The notes: generated by a model not told the origin, from the letters alone. A DNA stretch of 64,000 nucleotides from Spirochaetia bacterium (GCA_965203905.1 CBDBDQ010000005.1:2656001-2720000); one strand, 5' to 3'; shown: positions 9,482-19,634, counted from the stretch's first letter. Translations and numbers: made by a program.

Positions 9482-10324
9482 ATGGGGAGTCCAGCCGACG
9501 CGACTGCCACGGTGCTGCGGGAGCCGGTGCCGATGACCGACGAGCAGAGATTCTTCTTCGATCTGCGCGGCTGGATCCTGCTGCCGGGCGTGCTGACCGA
9601 GCCGGAGATCGAAGCGATGAAGGCCGAGGTGTACGGCGGCGCCCAGAACGGTTACGAGGGCGCGCTGCAGAACCTCCTCGACCATCCGGCCATCACCGGC
9701 ATTCTGAGCGCGATCCTGTCCGAGCGCTACTACTGGACGGACGAGTGCTACAGCTTCCGGTGCGAGAATTCCTTCACCACCGTCCGCCACGCCGGGTGGA
9801 AGACCACGCTGCGCGGGGAGAGCGGCCGGGCCCACGTGGTGCGGCCGCCGCAGCAGGCCAACGCGATGCGCTACCAGGTGGCCGGCAGCCAAATCTTCGC
9901 CGGACTCACGCGCGTGGTGTGGGAGCTGGAGGAGGTCAGGGCCGGGCGCGGCGGCACCAGCTTTCTGAGCGGCTCGCACAAGGCGCACTTCGATTACGGC
10001 AGTCCCGATCCGCTGCAGCCGAACGCCTTCGACTCGCCGTGGGAGGCGCAGATCGACGCCGCCATGGAGGACTACCGCTGTCCGCCCGGGTCGGCGATCA
10101 TCTTCACCGAGAGCCTGCTGCACGCGGCCAACGACTGGACCGATACCGAAAACCCGCGCTGCGCGGTGTTCAACTGCTACAACTCGGTGTGGGCGCAGTG
10201 GCACCGCCTCAACCTGAACCACGAGATCATTGCCGCCATGCCGCCCAAGCGGCAGACCCTGTTCCGCGGGGTGTGGGAGTTGGGCGGCAACCGCACCTAC
10301 TCTACCGACAACCGCTCGGTGTGA
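9482..10324 (+). CDS. Phytanoyl-CoA dioxygenase (PhyH) family protein
   Basis: FFDLRGWILL, GGTSFLSGSHK, GSAIIFTESLLH; GAGGAG RBS. Confidence 0.8.
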   Translation: MGSPADATATVLREPVPMTDEQRFFFDLRGWILLPGVLTEPEIEAMKAEVYGGAQNGYEGALQNLLDHPAITGILSAILSERYYWTDECYSFRCENSFTTVRHAGWKTTLRGESGRAHVVRPPQQANAMRYQVAGSQIFAGLTRVVWELEEVRAGRGGTSFLSGSHKAHFDYGSPDPLQPNAFDSPWEAQIDAAMEDYRCPPGSAIIFTESLLHAANDWTDTENPRCAVFNCYNSVWAQWHRLNLNHEIIAAMPPKRQTLFRGVWELGGNRTYSTDNRSV

Positions 10325-10344
10325 GGCGAAGAGGTAACCGAACC

Positions 10345-11676
10345 ATGGCGGCCCCCGTTCTGCTGACGGACCAACAGGTCCAGGACTACCTGACCCGTGG
10401 CTACCTGGTGCTTCGCACCCGCCACCCCGCCGCGTTCCACCGGCGCATCCTGCGCCAGATCTCGACCCTGTACGCCACCGAGGGCAATCCGGGGAACGAC
10501 ATCCTGCCGCGGGTTCCCGATCTCTACGGGATCCTGCGCGACCCGGCGGTCGACGGCGCCCTGCGCAGCCTGCTCGGAGCCGACTACCTGGTCCATCCCC
10601 ATCGCCACTGCCACGAGAACCCGAGCGGCTCGGACGGCCAGCGGATGCACCAGGACAGCTACGAGAACGACCAGAACGTGCGCCACCACCGCACCCGGTG
10701 GGCGATGGCGTTCTACTACCCGCAGGACGTCCCGCTGGAGATGGGCCCGACCGCCATCCTGCCGGCCAGCCAGTACTACGAGACCGGGGCCCAGGCGCAT
10801 CGTCACGAGGAACTGGCGCTGTGCGGCGCGGCCGGCACCGTGACCATCGTCCACTACGACCTGTGGCACCGGGCCATGGCCAACACCAGCGACCGCCACC
10901 GCTACATGGTCAAGTTCCTGTTCACCCGCATGAGCGAGCCGCGCACGGCCGCGTGGGACCACCGTGCCGCGGCGTTCGATACCGCTGACGATGACCCGCC
11001 GGCCGCCCTGCGCCGACGGATGTGGGACTGGATGCGGGCGGCGGAGTGGAGCCCGACAGCCGACAACGGGGCTCTCGATGGCTGGGGGCAGGCCCTGGAG
11101 CAGGGTGCGGAGGCGGAGCGGCTGCGCGCCGCCTATGCCCTGGCCAGCCGCGGCGCGGAAGCGGTTCCGCACCTGGTGGCGGCGCTGCGGCGCCAGGCGG
11201 CGGATCTGCGCGACCGCAACCTGGCGGCCGACCACACCAACCCCAGCCAGCTCGATGCCGTGTTCGGACTGTCAGCCGTTGGGGCGCCCGCCGTGCCGGC
11301 AGTGGCGGCGTTGTTCGGCGACGAGGCGTGGTGGGTGCGCGCGGCCGCGGCCGACGTGCTCGGTGACATGGGCGAGACCGCGTGTGAGACCGTGCCGCAG
11401 CTCACCGGTGCCCTGAGCGACGATTCGGTCTGGGTACGACGTAACGCGATCGAGGCGCTCGGCTACCTGGGGCCGGCCGCGGCCACCGCCGTTCCCGCGC
11501 TCAGCCGCTGCCTGGCCGACGCGGACAGCCGGGTGCGCCACAACGCCGCCCTGACCCTGGCCAAGCTGGGCCCCGCCGCCGCCGCCGCCGTCCCCGCCCT
11601 GCGCCGCACCGCGGCCGACGCCGAGCCCTACACTCGCGCCAACGCCGCCGTAGCCCTGGAACGCATCGGCGCCTGA
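10345..11676 (+). CDS. PhyH dioxygenase fused to HEAT repeats
   Basis: MHQD iron motif and HYDLWHRA, followed by repeats VR.AA.ALG..G. Confidence 0.85.
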   Translation: MAAPVLLTDQQVQDYLTRGYLVLRTRHPAAFHRRILRQISTLYATEGNPGNDILPRVPDLYGILRDPAVDGALRSLLGADYLVHPHRHCHENPSGSDGQRMHQDSYENDQNVRHHRTRWAMAFYYPQDVPLEMGPTAILPASQYYETGAQAHRHEELALCGAAGTVTIVHYDLWHRAMANTSDRHRYMVKFLFTRMSEPRTAAWDHRAAAFDTADDDPPAALRRRMWDWMRAAEWSPTADNGALDGWGQALEQGAEAERLRAAYALASRGAEAVPHLVAALRRQAADLRDRNLAADHTNPSQLDAVFGLSAVGAPAVPAVAALFGDEAWWVRAAAADVLGDMGETACETVPQLTGALSDDSVWVRRNAIEALGYLGPAAATAVPALSRCLADADSRVRHNAALTLAKLGPAAAAAVPALRRTAADAEPYTRANAAVALERIGA

Positions 11677-11863
11677 CACTGACGCCAGCACGCTCAGGCG
11701 ACAGTGACCAGATGTAGCTTCAGTTGACGGTCGCTACGCGGGTGTCCGGCATCCAAGGAACAGGAGATCGGCCACCAGGCGGTTGCGACGCACACTGCGC
11801 TTTCCCAGGTCTGCCCGCGACAGACCGCTGAACAGGCCTCCGGCTATGTGCTACAGTGCACGG

Positions 11864-12262
11864 GTGCCCGTGGACTTCGACATCGATCTGGACCGGGTCA
11901 GGGCTTTCTTGCGCGGCAAGGCCGAGGGGCGGCGTGCCCAAATCGATGAGCGCTTCGAGCGCGCAACGCGCGACGCGCAAGCCATCGTCGCCGAGATCGC
12001 GCGGGTGGTGGAGCCACGCCGCATCTATCAGTGGGGATCTCTGCTGAATCGGGAGAGGTTCACCGAGCTCTCTGATATCGATATCGCGCTGGAAGGGCTG
12101 GCCGGCGCTGAGCAATTTTTTGCCGCTCTCGGCCTGGCGATGGAGAGGTCCACGTTGCCAGTCGATGTGGTCGAGTTGGAGAAGCTCCCCCCCACCACGG
12201 CCGAGCGGATACGAGAGCGAGGCAAGTTGGTGTATGAGCGCGACGAACCAGCAGATCCGTGA
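11864..12262 (+). CDS. Minimal nucleotidyltransferase (MNT) antitoxin
   Basis: WGSLL...SDIDI motif; overlaps HEPN gene. Confidence 0.85.
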   Translation: MPVDFDIDLDRVRAFLRGKAEGRRAQIDERFERATRDAQAIVAEIARVVEPRRIYQWGSLLNRERFTELSDIDIALEGLAGAEQFFAALGLAMERSTLPVDVVELEKLPPTTAERIRERGKLVYERDEPADP

Positions 12263-12737
12263 CTTGCTGGCGGTTCTCGAAGATCGTCGGCACACACTCC
12301 AACAGATCTACGCTACCACCGAGAGGGCGCTGACCCAGGAGGTAGCTCAGTTGGGCAGGACCAGCGTGTCCGCGCTCATCGTCGCGGGCCTGGTCGAGAA
12401 CTACTACACCTGCCTCGAGACCATCTTCGTCCGCATCTCGCAGTTCTTCGAGAACAGCCTCGATCCGGCGCGTTGGCACAGCGACCTGTTGGAGAAGATG
12501 ACCCTGGCGATCACCGATACGCGCGTCCCGGTGGTTTCCAAAGAGAACTTCCCGCCGCTGCTGGAGCTGCTCAAGTTCAGACATTTCAAGCGCTACTATT
12601 TTGATCTGGAGTACGATTGGGATCGGCTCGATTTCCTAATGGTGAAACTGCGCAAAGCGCACCCCACTGTGGTGCGCGACCTCAAGCGGTTTGTCACGTT
12701 CCTCGAAGCGCTGATAGAGTCGGAGAAAGACACATAA
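12234..12737 (+). CDS. HEPN (HepT-like) toxin
   Basis: ENYYTCLETIF...WHSDLL...FRHFKRYYF; downstream of MNT. Confidence 0.85.
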   Translation: MSATNQQIRDLLAVLEDRRHTLQQIYATTERALTQEVAQLGRTSVSALIVAGLVENYYTCLETIFVRISQFFENSLDPARWHSDLLEKMTLAITDTRVPVVSKENFPPLLELLKFRHFKRYYFDLEYDWDRLDFLMVKLRKAHPTVVRDLKRFVTFLEALIESEKDT

Positions 12738-12763
12738 GCACAATCCCTCGGGGCCATCAAGAC

Positions 12764-12897
12764 CTCTACGAAATCCTGCGCGACCCGGCGGTCGACGGCG
12801 CCCTGCGCAGCCTGCTCGGAGCCGACTACGTGATCCATCCCCACCGCCACTGTCACGAGAACTCGAGCGGCTCGGACGGCCAGCGGATGCACCAGGA
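12764..12897 (+). pseudogene. 134-bp diverged copy of PhyH-HEAT gene segment 10522-10655
   Basis: Colinear, about 7 substitutions. Confidence 0.9.
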
Positions 12898-12950
12898 ATT
12901 GGTGAGAAAAATAGAGATCGTAGAGCAATGAGATGGAATCAATTTGTCAA

Positions 12951-13103
12951 ATTCACGAATTGGCGTAACAGTGGCTAAACGAACAAGAAATTCGCCATTT
13001 CGCGAAATGGGCCGATGGAGTGTCGTCTTGAGTCTATGCAATGCTCGGGAACGCAAATCCATGCTTTACAATACTCTCTGTGCAGAGATTCAGACTGGAC
13101 AGC
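12951..13103. other. AT-rich non-coding element, copy A (palindrome CCATTTCGCGAAATGG at 12995-13010)
   Basis: Shares spaced motifs with 25452-25583. Confidence 0.55.
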
Positions 13104-13124
13104 GAGGATCAGGGGGTATCCAAG

Positions 13125-13428
13125 GAGTGTTTCCGGTGATCGACCGGCCGGCGATCGACTTCATACTGCAGGAGTAGCGCGAGTCGGGAATCGAAGACAT
13201 CCTGTTCATCACCGCACGCCCGAGCCGTTCACCGGCGGCGAGCCGTTCGTGGTGATATTCCCCGATGATCTGCACTTCGCCGGGCCGCCGCTCACGCGCT
13301 AGTTGATCGACACCCACGAGCGAGCACGATCAGCCGCAATTGGAGCGCTACGGCGTGGTGGCGCTGGCAGACGACGGCCTGCACGTGACCGACATCGTGG
13401 AGAAGCCGCCACCGGGCACTGCGCCGAT
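13125..13428 (+). pseudogene. Eroded UTP-glucose-1-phosphate uridylyltransferase (galU-like) fragments
   Basis: FPVIDRPAIDFILQE*RESGIEDILFIT, EPFVVIFPDDL, RYGVV...DIVEKP; two stops and internal deletions. Confidence 0.8.
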
Positions 13429-13435
13429 CTATAGT

Positions 13436-13503
13436 TCCTACGCGCGCTCGGACAAGACGCCGGTGGAGTGGTTCATCGTCGGGCTGGCGCGGAGCAGAAC
13501 CAC
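13436..13503 (+). pseudogene. Fragment of the DUF1801 gene (copy of ~8603-8670)
   Basis: RSDKTPVEWFIVGLAR near-identical at DNA level. Confidence 0.85.
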
Positions 13504-13510
13504 TCCAGGT

Positions 13511-14034
13511 GGAAGCGGTGCTGTCCTTGTTGGCGGCTCGACGGTGCCAGTCGGGGGCGCTGCGGGAGCACAACCTGGAGGTCGACCACACCAATCCCAG
13601 TCAGCTCGACACGGTATTCGCGCTGTCAGCCGTCGGCGCGTCCGCGGTGCCGGCGGTGGCGGCCTGCTGGGCGACGAAGCGTGGTGGGGTGCGCGCGGCC
13701 GCGGCCGACGTGCTCGGCGACATGGTCGAGACCGCGTGTGAGACCGTACCGCGGCTTACCGGTGCCCTGAGCGACGATTCGGTCTGGGTACGCGTAACGC
13801 CATCGAGGCGCTGGGTTACCTGGGGCCGGCCGCGGCCACCGCCGTTCCGCCCTCGGCCGCTGCCTCTCCGACGCCGACAGCCGGGTGCGCCACGATGCCG
13901 CTCTGACGCTGGCCAAGCTCGGCCCCGCCGCGGGCCGCCGCCGTCCCCGTCCTGCGCCGCACCGCGGCCGACGAGGAGCGCTATACCCGCGTTAACGCCG
14001 CGGTGGCCCTGGAACGCATCGGCGCCTGACACTG
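13511..14034 (+). pseudogene. Degenerate copy of the 3' end of the PhyH-HEAT gene (11157-11681)
   Basis: DHTNPSQLD...ALERIGA* and downstream CACTG shared; several frameshifts. Confidence 0.9.
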
Positions 14035-14036
14035 CT

Positions 14037-15299
14037 TCAGTCGACGATAACGGCGCGGATGGCGTGCTCGAAGTCGCGGAGCACCTGTTCGCTGCCCTGC
14101 TGCACCATCAGCACGGCCGTGAGCTCCAGCGTCGGGTCGGTCCAGGTCGTGGTGCCGAACGCGCCGCCCCAGCCGAAGGCCCCGCGCCCGCGGGCGCTGT
14201 TCGCGGCGGCCGGATCCAGGACCACCGCCACGGCGTAGCCGAACCCCCAGCCCGGCTGCTTGCCGTTGCCCTGGTAGAGCTCGCCGACCTGATTGCTGGA
14301 GATGGTCGCGACGGACTGAGGGCTGAGGAGTCGGTTGGCGAACAGCGTGCCGCCGTTGGCCAGCATCTGCTCGAAACGCAGGAAGTCGGCGGCGGTGCTG
14401 GAGAGCCCGCCTGAGGCCGAGACATAGCGGGCCGGTTTTTCCCACCCCTTTGCCTTGGCATCGAGACCGTGGATTACCACCCGTCTGGATTCCTTCTCCG
14501 GCGGCACAAAGAAGTGCGTGTCGGTCATGCCGAGCGGTTCGAAGATCCGCGTGCGCACGAACTCGTCGTAAGGCAGCCCGGACACGATCTCGATGATGCG
14601 GGCGACCACGTCGTGCCCCAGCCGCGGGCTGTAGGCCCAGCGCGTTCCTGGCTGGAAGTCCAGCGGCATGTCGGCGTAGAGCGGTACCCGGCTGGCCAGG
14701 GTTGCTCCTGGACCCGCTTCCGGGAGCACGGCAACCGCCGAGCCCAGGCCGGAGCTGTCGAGTCCGGAGGTGTGCGTCAGCAGGTGGTGGATCGTGATCG
14801 CCCGCTGGGCCGCCACCAGGCGATGCTCGGGCGGCTGTTTCCCGGTCACGAACCAGGGGCTGACGTCCCGATCCGCGGGCTGCTTGAGCACGGCGACCTG
14901 CATCTCCCCGAATTGCGGCAGGTAGGCGGCGACCTCGTCGGTCGGATGCAGCAGCCCCTCCTCGATCAGCATCATCGTTGCCACGCCGAGCACGGGCTTG
15001 GACGAGGAGGCCATGCGAAAGATCGCGTTCTCCTGCATGGCCCGCCCGCGCTCGACGTCCATCAGGCCGTGCGCCTCGAAGTGAACAACCTTCCCCCGCC
15101 GCGCCACCGCCGTGACCGCCCCCTGGATCTCTCCCGAGTCGATGTGGCGCTGCATCGCGGCGCCGATCCGGAGCAGGAGCTCGCTCGACATCCCCACCTC
15201 CTCCGGGAAAGCCGCGGGCATCTCCTCGGCAGGAAGCGCCGTCACCGCGAACGTCGCTATCGCCGCCAGCAAACCGTTTCTGGCGAACCCTTCGATCAT
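14037..15299 (-). CDS. Serine hydrolase, beta-lactamase/PBP-like family
   Basis: SxxK (ASSSKP), LLTHTSG, WAYS, GWGGAFGT; signal peptide. Confidence 0.9.
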   Translation of the reverse strand: MIEGFARNGLLAAIATFAVTALPAEEMPAAFPEEVGMSSELLLRIGAAMQRHIDSGEIQGAVTAVARRGKVVHFEAHGLMDVERGRAMQENAIFRMASSSKPVLGVATMMLIEEGLLHPTDEVAAYLPQFGEMQVAVLKQPADRDVSPWFVTGKQPPEHRLVAAQRAITIHHLLTHTSGLDSSGLGSAVAVLPEAGPGATLASRVPLYADMPLDFQPGTRWAYSPRLGHDVVARIIEIVSGLPYDEFVRTRIFEPLGMTDTHFFVPPEKESRRVVIHGLDAKAKGWEKPARYVSASGGLSSTAADFLRFEQMLANGGTLFANRLLSPQSVATISSNQVGELYQGNGKQPGWGFGYAVAVVLDPAAANSARGRGAFGWGGAFGTTTWTDPTLELTAVLMVQQGSEQVLRDFEHAIRAVIVD

Positions 15300-15318
15300 G
15301 AGGCGTTGCCTCGAGCCA

Positions 15319-15975
15319 CTACGGGCCGATGAGGGAGGTCTTGGTCTCCCGAAACTGAGTAACGGTGAAGTCCCAGCGCGATGCTTGCTGCGTCAGAAAA
15401 CGACGCGTCGCGCCATCAACCTGTCCCGCAACGTCCTCTTCGTAGTAGGCAAGCGCTTTGACGGCGTCGGTCGGCGGGAACTCATTGCCGTACAGCGCCA
15501 CGGCGGCGCCCAGCCCGTCCTGCAGCGGGATGCCGGCACGCAGGATCGCGGCCAGATCCAGATAGTCGCGCGCCGCGACGCGCTGCAGGAGCACCTTCAG
15601 CTTGGTGCCGAACAGATCGAGCAACGAGGCGACCGCCAGCACACCGTCAGCGGTCTGGTCCGGGTTTCCCACTCGGCCGAAACCGATGTCGCCAAAGAAC
15701 GACACCTTCACCGGATCGGGAGGGTTCACCGAGAGGGTCAACGCCGTGGGCTCGCGCTGTAGGACCTCGGCATCCGCGATGAACGGAATCTTGTACAACG
15801 CCTCGGTGTCGAGCGTTTGCGAGGAAAAAAAATCGAAATCGACGGAAGATCGATGTCCCAACCGCAACGCCAACGCGGTTCCACCGTACAACACGAAGTT
15901 GTCCGGGATTCCGACGAGGGCAGGCCACAGTTCGCGTTGCGCCTTCGGCAGGATGTCGAGTATCGGTTCGAGCAT
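15319..15975 (-). CDS. AbiEii/AbiGii-family nucleotidyltransferase toxin
   Basis: YGGTALALRLGHRSSVDFDFF and RDYLD. Confidence 0.9.
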   Translation of the reverse strand: MLEPILDILPKAQRELWPALVGIPDNFVLYGGTALALRLGHRSSVDFDFFSSQTLDTEALYKIPFIADAEVLQREPTALTLSVNPPDPVKVSFFGDIGFGRVGNPDQTADGVLAVASLLDLFGTKLKVLLQRVAARDYLDLAAILRAGIPLQDGLGAAVALYGNEFPPTDAVKALAYYEEDVAGQVDGATRRFLTQQASRWDFTVTQFRETKTSLIGP

Positions 15976-15977
15976 CG

Positions 15978-16337
15978 CTACGAGGGTAGCCGCCGCGCGG
16001 GCAGTTCAGGTACCGGTTCCCGGCCCAGCCGAAGATGCCAAAACACCCACGAGCGGCGATTGAACACACCGATCGGAGGATCGTCGAGCACCTGCAGCAG
16101 GTGTTCGCTGGAGACCACCGAGAGCAGCCAACGCAGGTCGTCGGCCGTGCCGAACGTCATCATCTGCGCCAGCAACACCCGGCCATCGGCCAGCGCACGC
16201 TCGGGCGACTGCCACCAGACGTACTTCTTCGCCATTCTCAGGGCACGGCGGTCGGCTTGCAGCCGGCGCTCAAGGTCCGCAAGCGCGGTGGCAGCCATTA
16301 CTGTCGGAACGGTCTCACGCGGCGCATCCGCAGTCAA
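15978..16337 (-). CDS. Small putative antitoxin partner of AbiEii (start uncertain)
   Basis: KYVWWQ...QMMTFGT...RSWVFW; directly upstream of the toxin. Confidence 0.7.
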   Translation of the reverse strand: MTADAPRETVPTVMAATALADLERRLQADRRALRMAKKYVWWQSPERALADGRVLLAQMMTFGTADDLRWLLSVVSSEHLLQVLDDPPIGVFNRRSWVFWHLRLGREPVPELPARRLPS

Positions 16338-16391
16338 CTCGCGCGGTCGGATGGCACAGGGCAGTAACGGTCCCGGGACGGCGGAATCCTC

Positions 16392-17945
16392 TCAGCCGTC
16401 AGCCACCTCGAACGCGGTCACGTTGCGCGTATCGCGGCTGAACTCCACCCCGATCAGATGGATCGGTTGTTTCAGGTGACGGTACTTGGCCGCGTAGTCC
16501 CGGCTGCGGAGCTGCGCCAGTGCCGACCCCGGCGGCGCCATCTCCGTCACCTTGAACTCGAACAGGTACACGTGACCGCCGGTGCGTGCCGCCATGTCCA
16601 GCCGTCCGTGGCTGCTCGATTCTTCCACCGCGATCTCGTACCCCAGCGCTGCAAAGTAGGAGTAGAACACGCTCGCGTAGAAGCCCTCGTACTGCGCAAT
16701 GGCGTTGTTCGTGTACCATTGGTAGGGAATGCTCGCGAAAAAGGCATGGAACAGCTCCTTCAGTCCCGCACAGTCATGGGCCGCAAGCAATCGCTGCAGG
16801 CGGATGCTGTTCGCCGTCTGTTGCTCGGTGTCCTGCACCAACCGGCGCAGCAGCACCCGGTTCAGGCTCTGCCGGACCTCGCGGTTGGGGTAGCCCAGCC
16901 GGTACAACGCCTGGCCGCCGAGCTCCTCCTCCCCTGTGATCGTCAGATAGCCGGTCTGGAACAGTAGCGCTTCGGTGCCGATCGTGCCGACCTCGAAAGC
17001 CGACAGCAGATCTTCCGTGCCCATCATCTGGTCCAGCGTTACCGAAGAGATCCGGCGGTCGAACAGCCTGTCCAACAGAAACGCCGGCGTCCCGGTCTCG
17101 AACCAGTGAGCCTTGAATTCGCGGCTGTCGAACAGCAGCAGCACATCATACGGGTTGTACACCTTCTCCGCGCCGCGCCACCGGTAGCCGTTGTACCACT
17201 CGCGGACCTGCTCCCGGTCCAACCCCGCAAGTTCCGGTGCAAACACCATGTCCAGGTCATCGTCGGTGTACCCGCAGATCCCCGAGTAGCGCCGATCCAG
17301 GGTGATGTCGGTGAGGTTGTTCAGGTCCGAGAAGAGGCTCACCTTGGTAAACTTGCTTACCCCCGTCACGAAGGTGAACCGCACGTGCGCGTCGCTCGCC
17401 TTGATCACTCCGTACAGGCCGCGCAGGTAGTCGCGGTTGGCACAGGCGATCTCCGGCGTGTCCAGCGCGTCCAGGATCGGCTTGTCGTACTCGTCCACCA
17501 GCACCGCCACGCGCTGCCCGCTGCGCTCGTGCAGGGACCTGATCAGGTAGCCGAATCGTTCAGGCGCCGTGTCGTAGCGTGGACTCACCCCGGTCGCTAC
17601 CTCCATACCGTCCAACTGAGCCGCCAGGTTGATCTGGAGATAGCCCGGCTCCTTGAAGCTCCCGCCGGCAAAGTCCAGCCGCACCACCGGGTGGTGCGCC
17701 GACCAGTTCCAGTCCCCGCGATCGTGGATGTGGAGCCCGGTGAACAGCGCCTCGTTGCCCTCGAACAACTCCTTCAGGGTGTCCAGCAGCAGACTCTTGC
17801 CGAACCGCCGCGGGCGCGACAGGAAATAGTGCTTGCCCGCGTCCAGCAACCGCGCGATGTAGGCCGTCTTGTCCACGTAATAACAGTCCTCTTCGCGCAA
17901 CTCGCGGAAGGTCTGCATGCCGATGGGCAGTCTGCGACGGGTCAC
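16392..17945 (-). CDS. AAA-ATPase-like protein with C-terminal PD-(D/E)XK nuclease
   Basis: LPIGMQTF, YYVDKT, RPRRFGKS, DEYDKP, GRLDM...FEFK. Confidence 0.92.
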   Translation of the reverse strand: MTRRRLPIGMQTFRELREEDCYYVDKTAYIARLLDAGKHYFLSRPRRFGKSLLLDTLKELFEGNEALFTGLHIHDRGDWNWSAHHPVVRLDFAGGSFKEPGYLQINLAAQLDGMEVATGVSPRYDTAPERFGYLIRSLHERSGQRVAVLVDEYDKPILDALDTPEIACANRDYLRGLYGVIKASDAHVRFTFVTGVSKFTKVSLFSDLNNLTDITLDRRYSGICGYTDDDLDMVFAPELAGLDREQVREWYNGYRWRGAEKVYNPYDVLLLFDSREFKAHWFETGTPAFLLDRLFDRRISSVTLDQMMGTEDLLSAFEVGTIGTEALLFQTGYLTITGEEELGGQALYRLGYPNREVRQSLNRVLLRRLVQDTEQQTANSIRLQRLLAAHDCAGLKELFHAFFASIPYQWYTNNAIAQYEGFYASVFYSYFAALGYEIAVEESSSHGRLDMAARTGGHVYLFEFKVTEMAPPGSALAQLRSRDYAAKYRHLKQPIHLIGVEFSRDTRNVTAFEVADG

Positions 17946-18159
17946 GCCTCATCTTAGGTCTTGGCTGCTCCGTCGCCAAGCGCTTATCGGCGGTGACCAG
18001 AGCCGTGAATCCGTATCGATGAGCCTGATCCAGTAGCTCGCTGTTGCGCAAAGTACGCCAGTGGTGGTAGATCCCACTTTCTACCAGCCCCCCGCGGAGG
18101 GCTTCTTGCAGCGGTAAACGCAGCCGTGGCGAAATGCCGACATCAAGGAGGACCTTCAT
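17946..18159 (-). pseudogene. Truncated DUF5615/VapC45-like PIN toxin
   Basis: MKVLLD...LVTADK, then runs out of frame into the AAA gene. Confidence 0.65.
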
Positions 18160-18416
18160 GCATCGGCACGTTGCCCGGTGCTACCTCCTGTTCTTCGGTC
18201 AGAGAATTCGGCTCCCGCCGCTCGCAACACAGCCTCGGCGGCCTGACGGTCGATCTTGAAATCCTCGATGAACTCGTCGAGCGACACTCCGTCCGCGAGC
18301 CAGTCGAAAAGCTGCTGCACCGGTAGACGACTGCCACGGAAGCAAGGCGCCCCACTCAAACGGTCCGGGTCCACCCATACTGCCTCGTCAATGGGCATCA
18401 TCACGTCATGTGCCAC
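18156..18416 (-). CDS. DUF433 antitoxin
   Basis: DPDRLSGAPCFRGSRLPV...DEFIEDF. Confidence 0.85.
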   Translation of the reverse strand: MAHDVMMPIDEAVWVDPDRLSGAPCFRGSRLPVQQLFDWLADGVSLDEFIEDFKIDRQAAEAVLRAAGAEFSDRRTGGSTGQRADA

Positions 18417-18515
18417 GAGAGCTACCTCCCATCAGAGAGAGTATAACTGGCGATTGCCACGGTGGCACCGCTCGGCGGGCAACTCCCGCACCAGGGCGGA
18501 GCCTGCGGCGCGGTA

Positions 18516-19634
18516 CTAACGGCGGTAGGGGTCGGCGGCGTCGCGCAGGCCGTCGCCGACGAAGTTGAAGCACAGCACCACCATCACCACGAACAGGCCG
18601 GGGATCAGCAGCCAGGGATGCAGCGAGATGGTGCGCACGTTCTGCGCCTGCTGCAGCATCACGCCCCAGCTCACCACCGGCGGGCGCAGGCCGATGCCGA
18701 TGAAGCTGAGCGCGGTCTCACCCAGGATCATGTACGGGATCGCCAGCGTCAGGTGGACGATCAGGTAGCTCATGAAGCCGGGCAGCAGGTGGCGCAGGAT
18801 GATCTTCAGCGAGGTGGCGCCGCCGATGGAGGCCGCCGTCACGTAGTCTTCCGTGCGCAGTTGCAGCAGCTTGCCGCGCACCACCCGCGCCAGGCCGGTC
18901 CAGCCGATCACGCTCAGGATCACCGTGATCATGAAGTAGACGCGCAGCGCCGGCCACTCGATCGGCACCGCGGCCGCCAGCGCCATCCACAGGGGAATGG
19001 TGGGCAGCGCCTGCAGGAACTCGATGATGCGCTGCACCAGCATGTCGGCCGGGCCGCCGAAGAAACCGGAGACGCCGCCGAGCAGGCAGCCGAGCAGGAA
19101 GCTGATCGCCACTCCCACCAGGCCGATGGAGAGCGATATGCGCGCCCCGTGCAGCACCCGCGTCAGCATGTCGCGGCCCAGGCTGTCGGTGCCGAACGGG
19201 AACAGGACGCCCGGTTCGTCGACGCCGAGCAGGTGCAGGCGGGTCGTCAGCCCGAACAGCCGGTACTCGTAGCCGGTCACGAGAAACCTGACGGGGTACG
19301 CCTGGCTGGTATCGATGGTGAACACCTTGGCGCGCGTCACCGGGTCGCGGGTCACCTGCAGGCCGTATACGAACGGCGCGCGCAGGCCGTCCTGGTGCAT
19401 TACCCGCACCCGGGTGGGCGGCGCGTACAGGTGCTCGGGGTAGCGCCGGTCGCGCTCGGACACGGCAAGAAAGTCGGCGAACACCGCCAGCAGGTAGATG
19501 ACCGCCAGCACCACGCCGCCGACGAGGGCCAGCCGGTGGCGCAGGAATCTGCGCCGCATCAGGGTCCAGCTCGAGGCGACGAAGTAGCGCTCGTCGAGCT
19601 GCTGCGCGCCGGCGGCCGATTCCTGGGTACTCAC
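18516..19634 (-). CDS. Peptide/nickel ABC transporter permease (OppC/DppC-like)
   Basis: FGTDSLGRD, EAA-like loop EDYVTAA, LSFIGIG, GDGLRDAADP. Confidence 0.93.
   Translation of the reverse strand: MSTQESAAGAQQLDERYFVASSWTLMRRRFLRHRLALVGGVVLAVIYLLAVFADFLAVSERDRRYPEHLYAPPTRVRVMHQDGLRAPFVYGLQVTRDPVTRAKVFTIDTSQAYPVRFLVTGYEYRLFGLTTRLHLLGVDEPGVLFPFGTDSLGRDMLTRVLHGARISLSIGLVGVAISFLLGCLLGGVSGFFGGPADMLVQRIIEFLQALPTIPLWMALAAAVPIEWPALRVYFMITVILSVIGWTGLARVVRGKLLQLRTEDYVTAASIGGATSLKIILRHLLPGFMSYLIVHLTLAIPYMILGETALSFIGIGLRPPVVSWGVMLQQAQNVRTISLHPWLLIPGLFVVMVVLCFNFVGDGLRDAADPYRR

Noticed and set aside
12764-12897. Diversity-generating retroelement template/variable repeat pair with 10522-10655
   Set aside because: Differences are not adenine-specific and no reverse transcriptase is present
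14037-15299. Antibiotic-resistance beta-lactamase
   Set aside because: Motifs fit the broad esterase/serine hydrolase family; nothing supports beta-lactam activity
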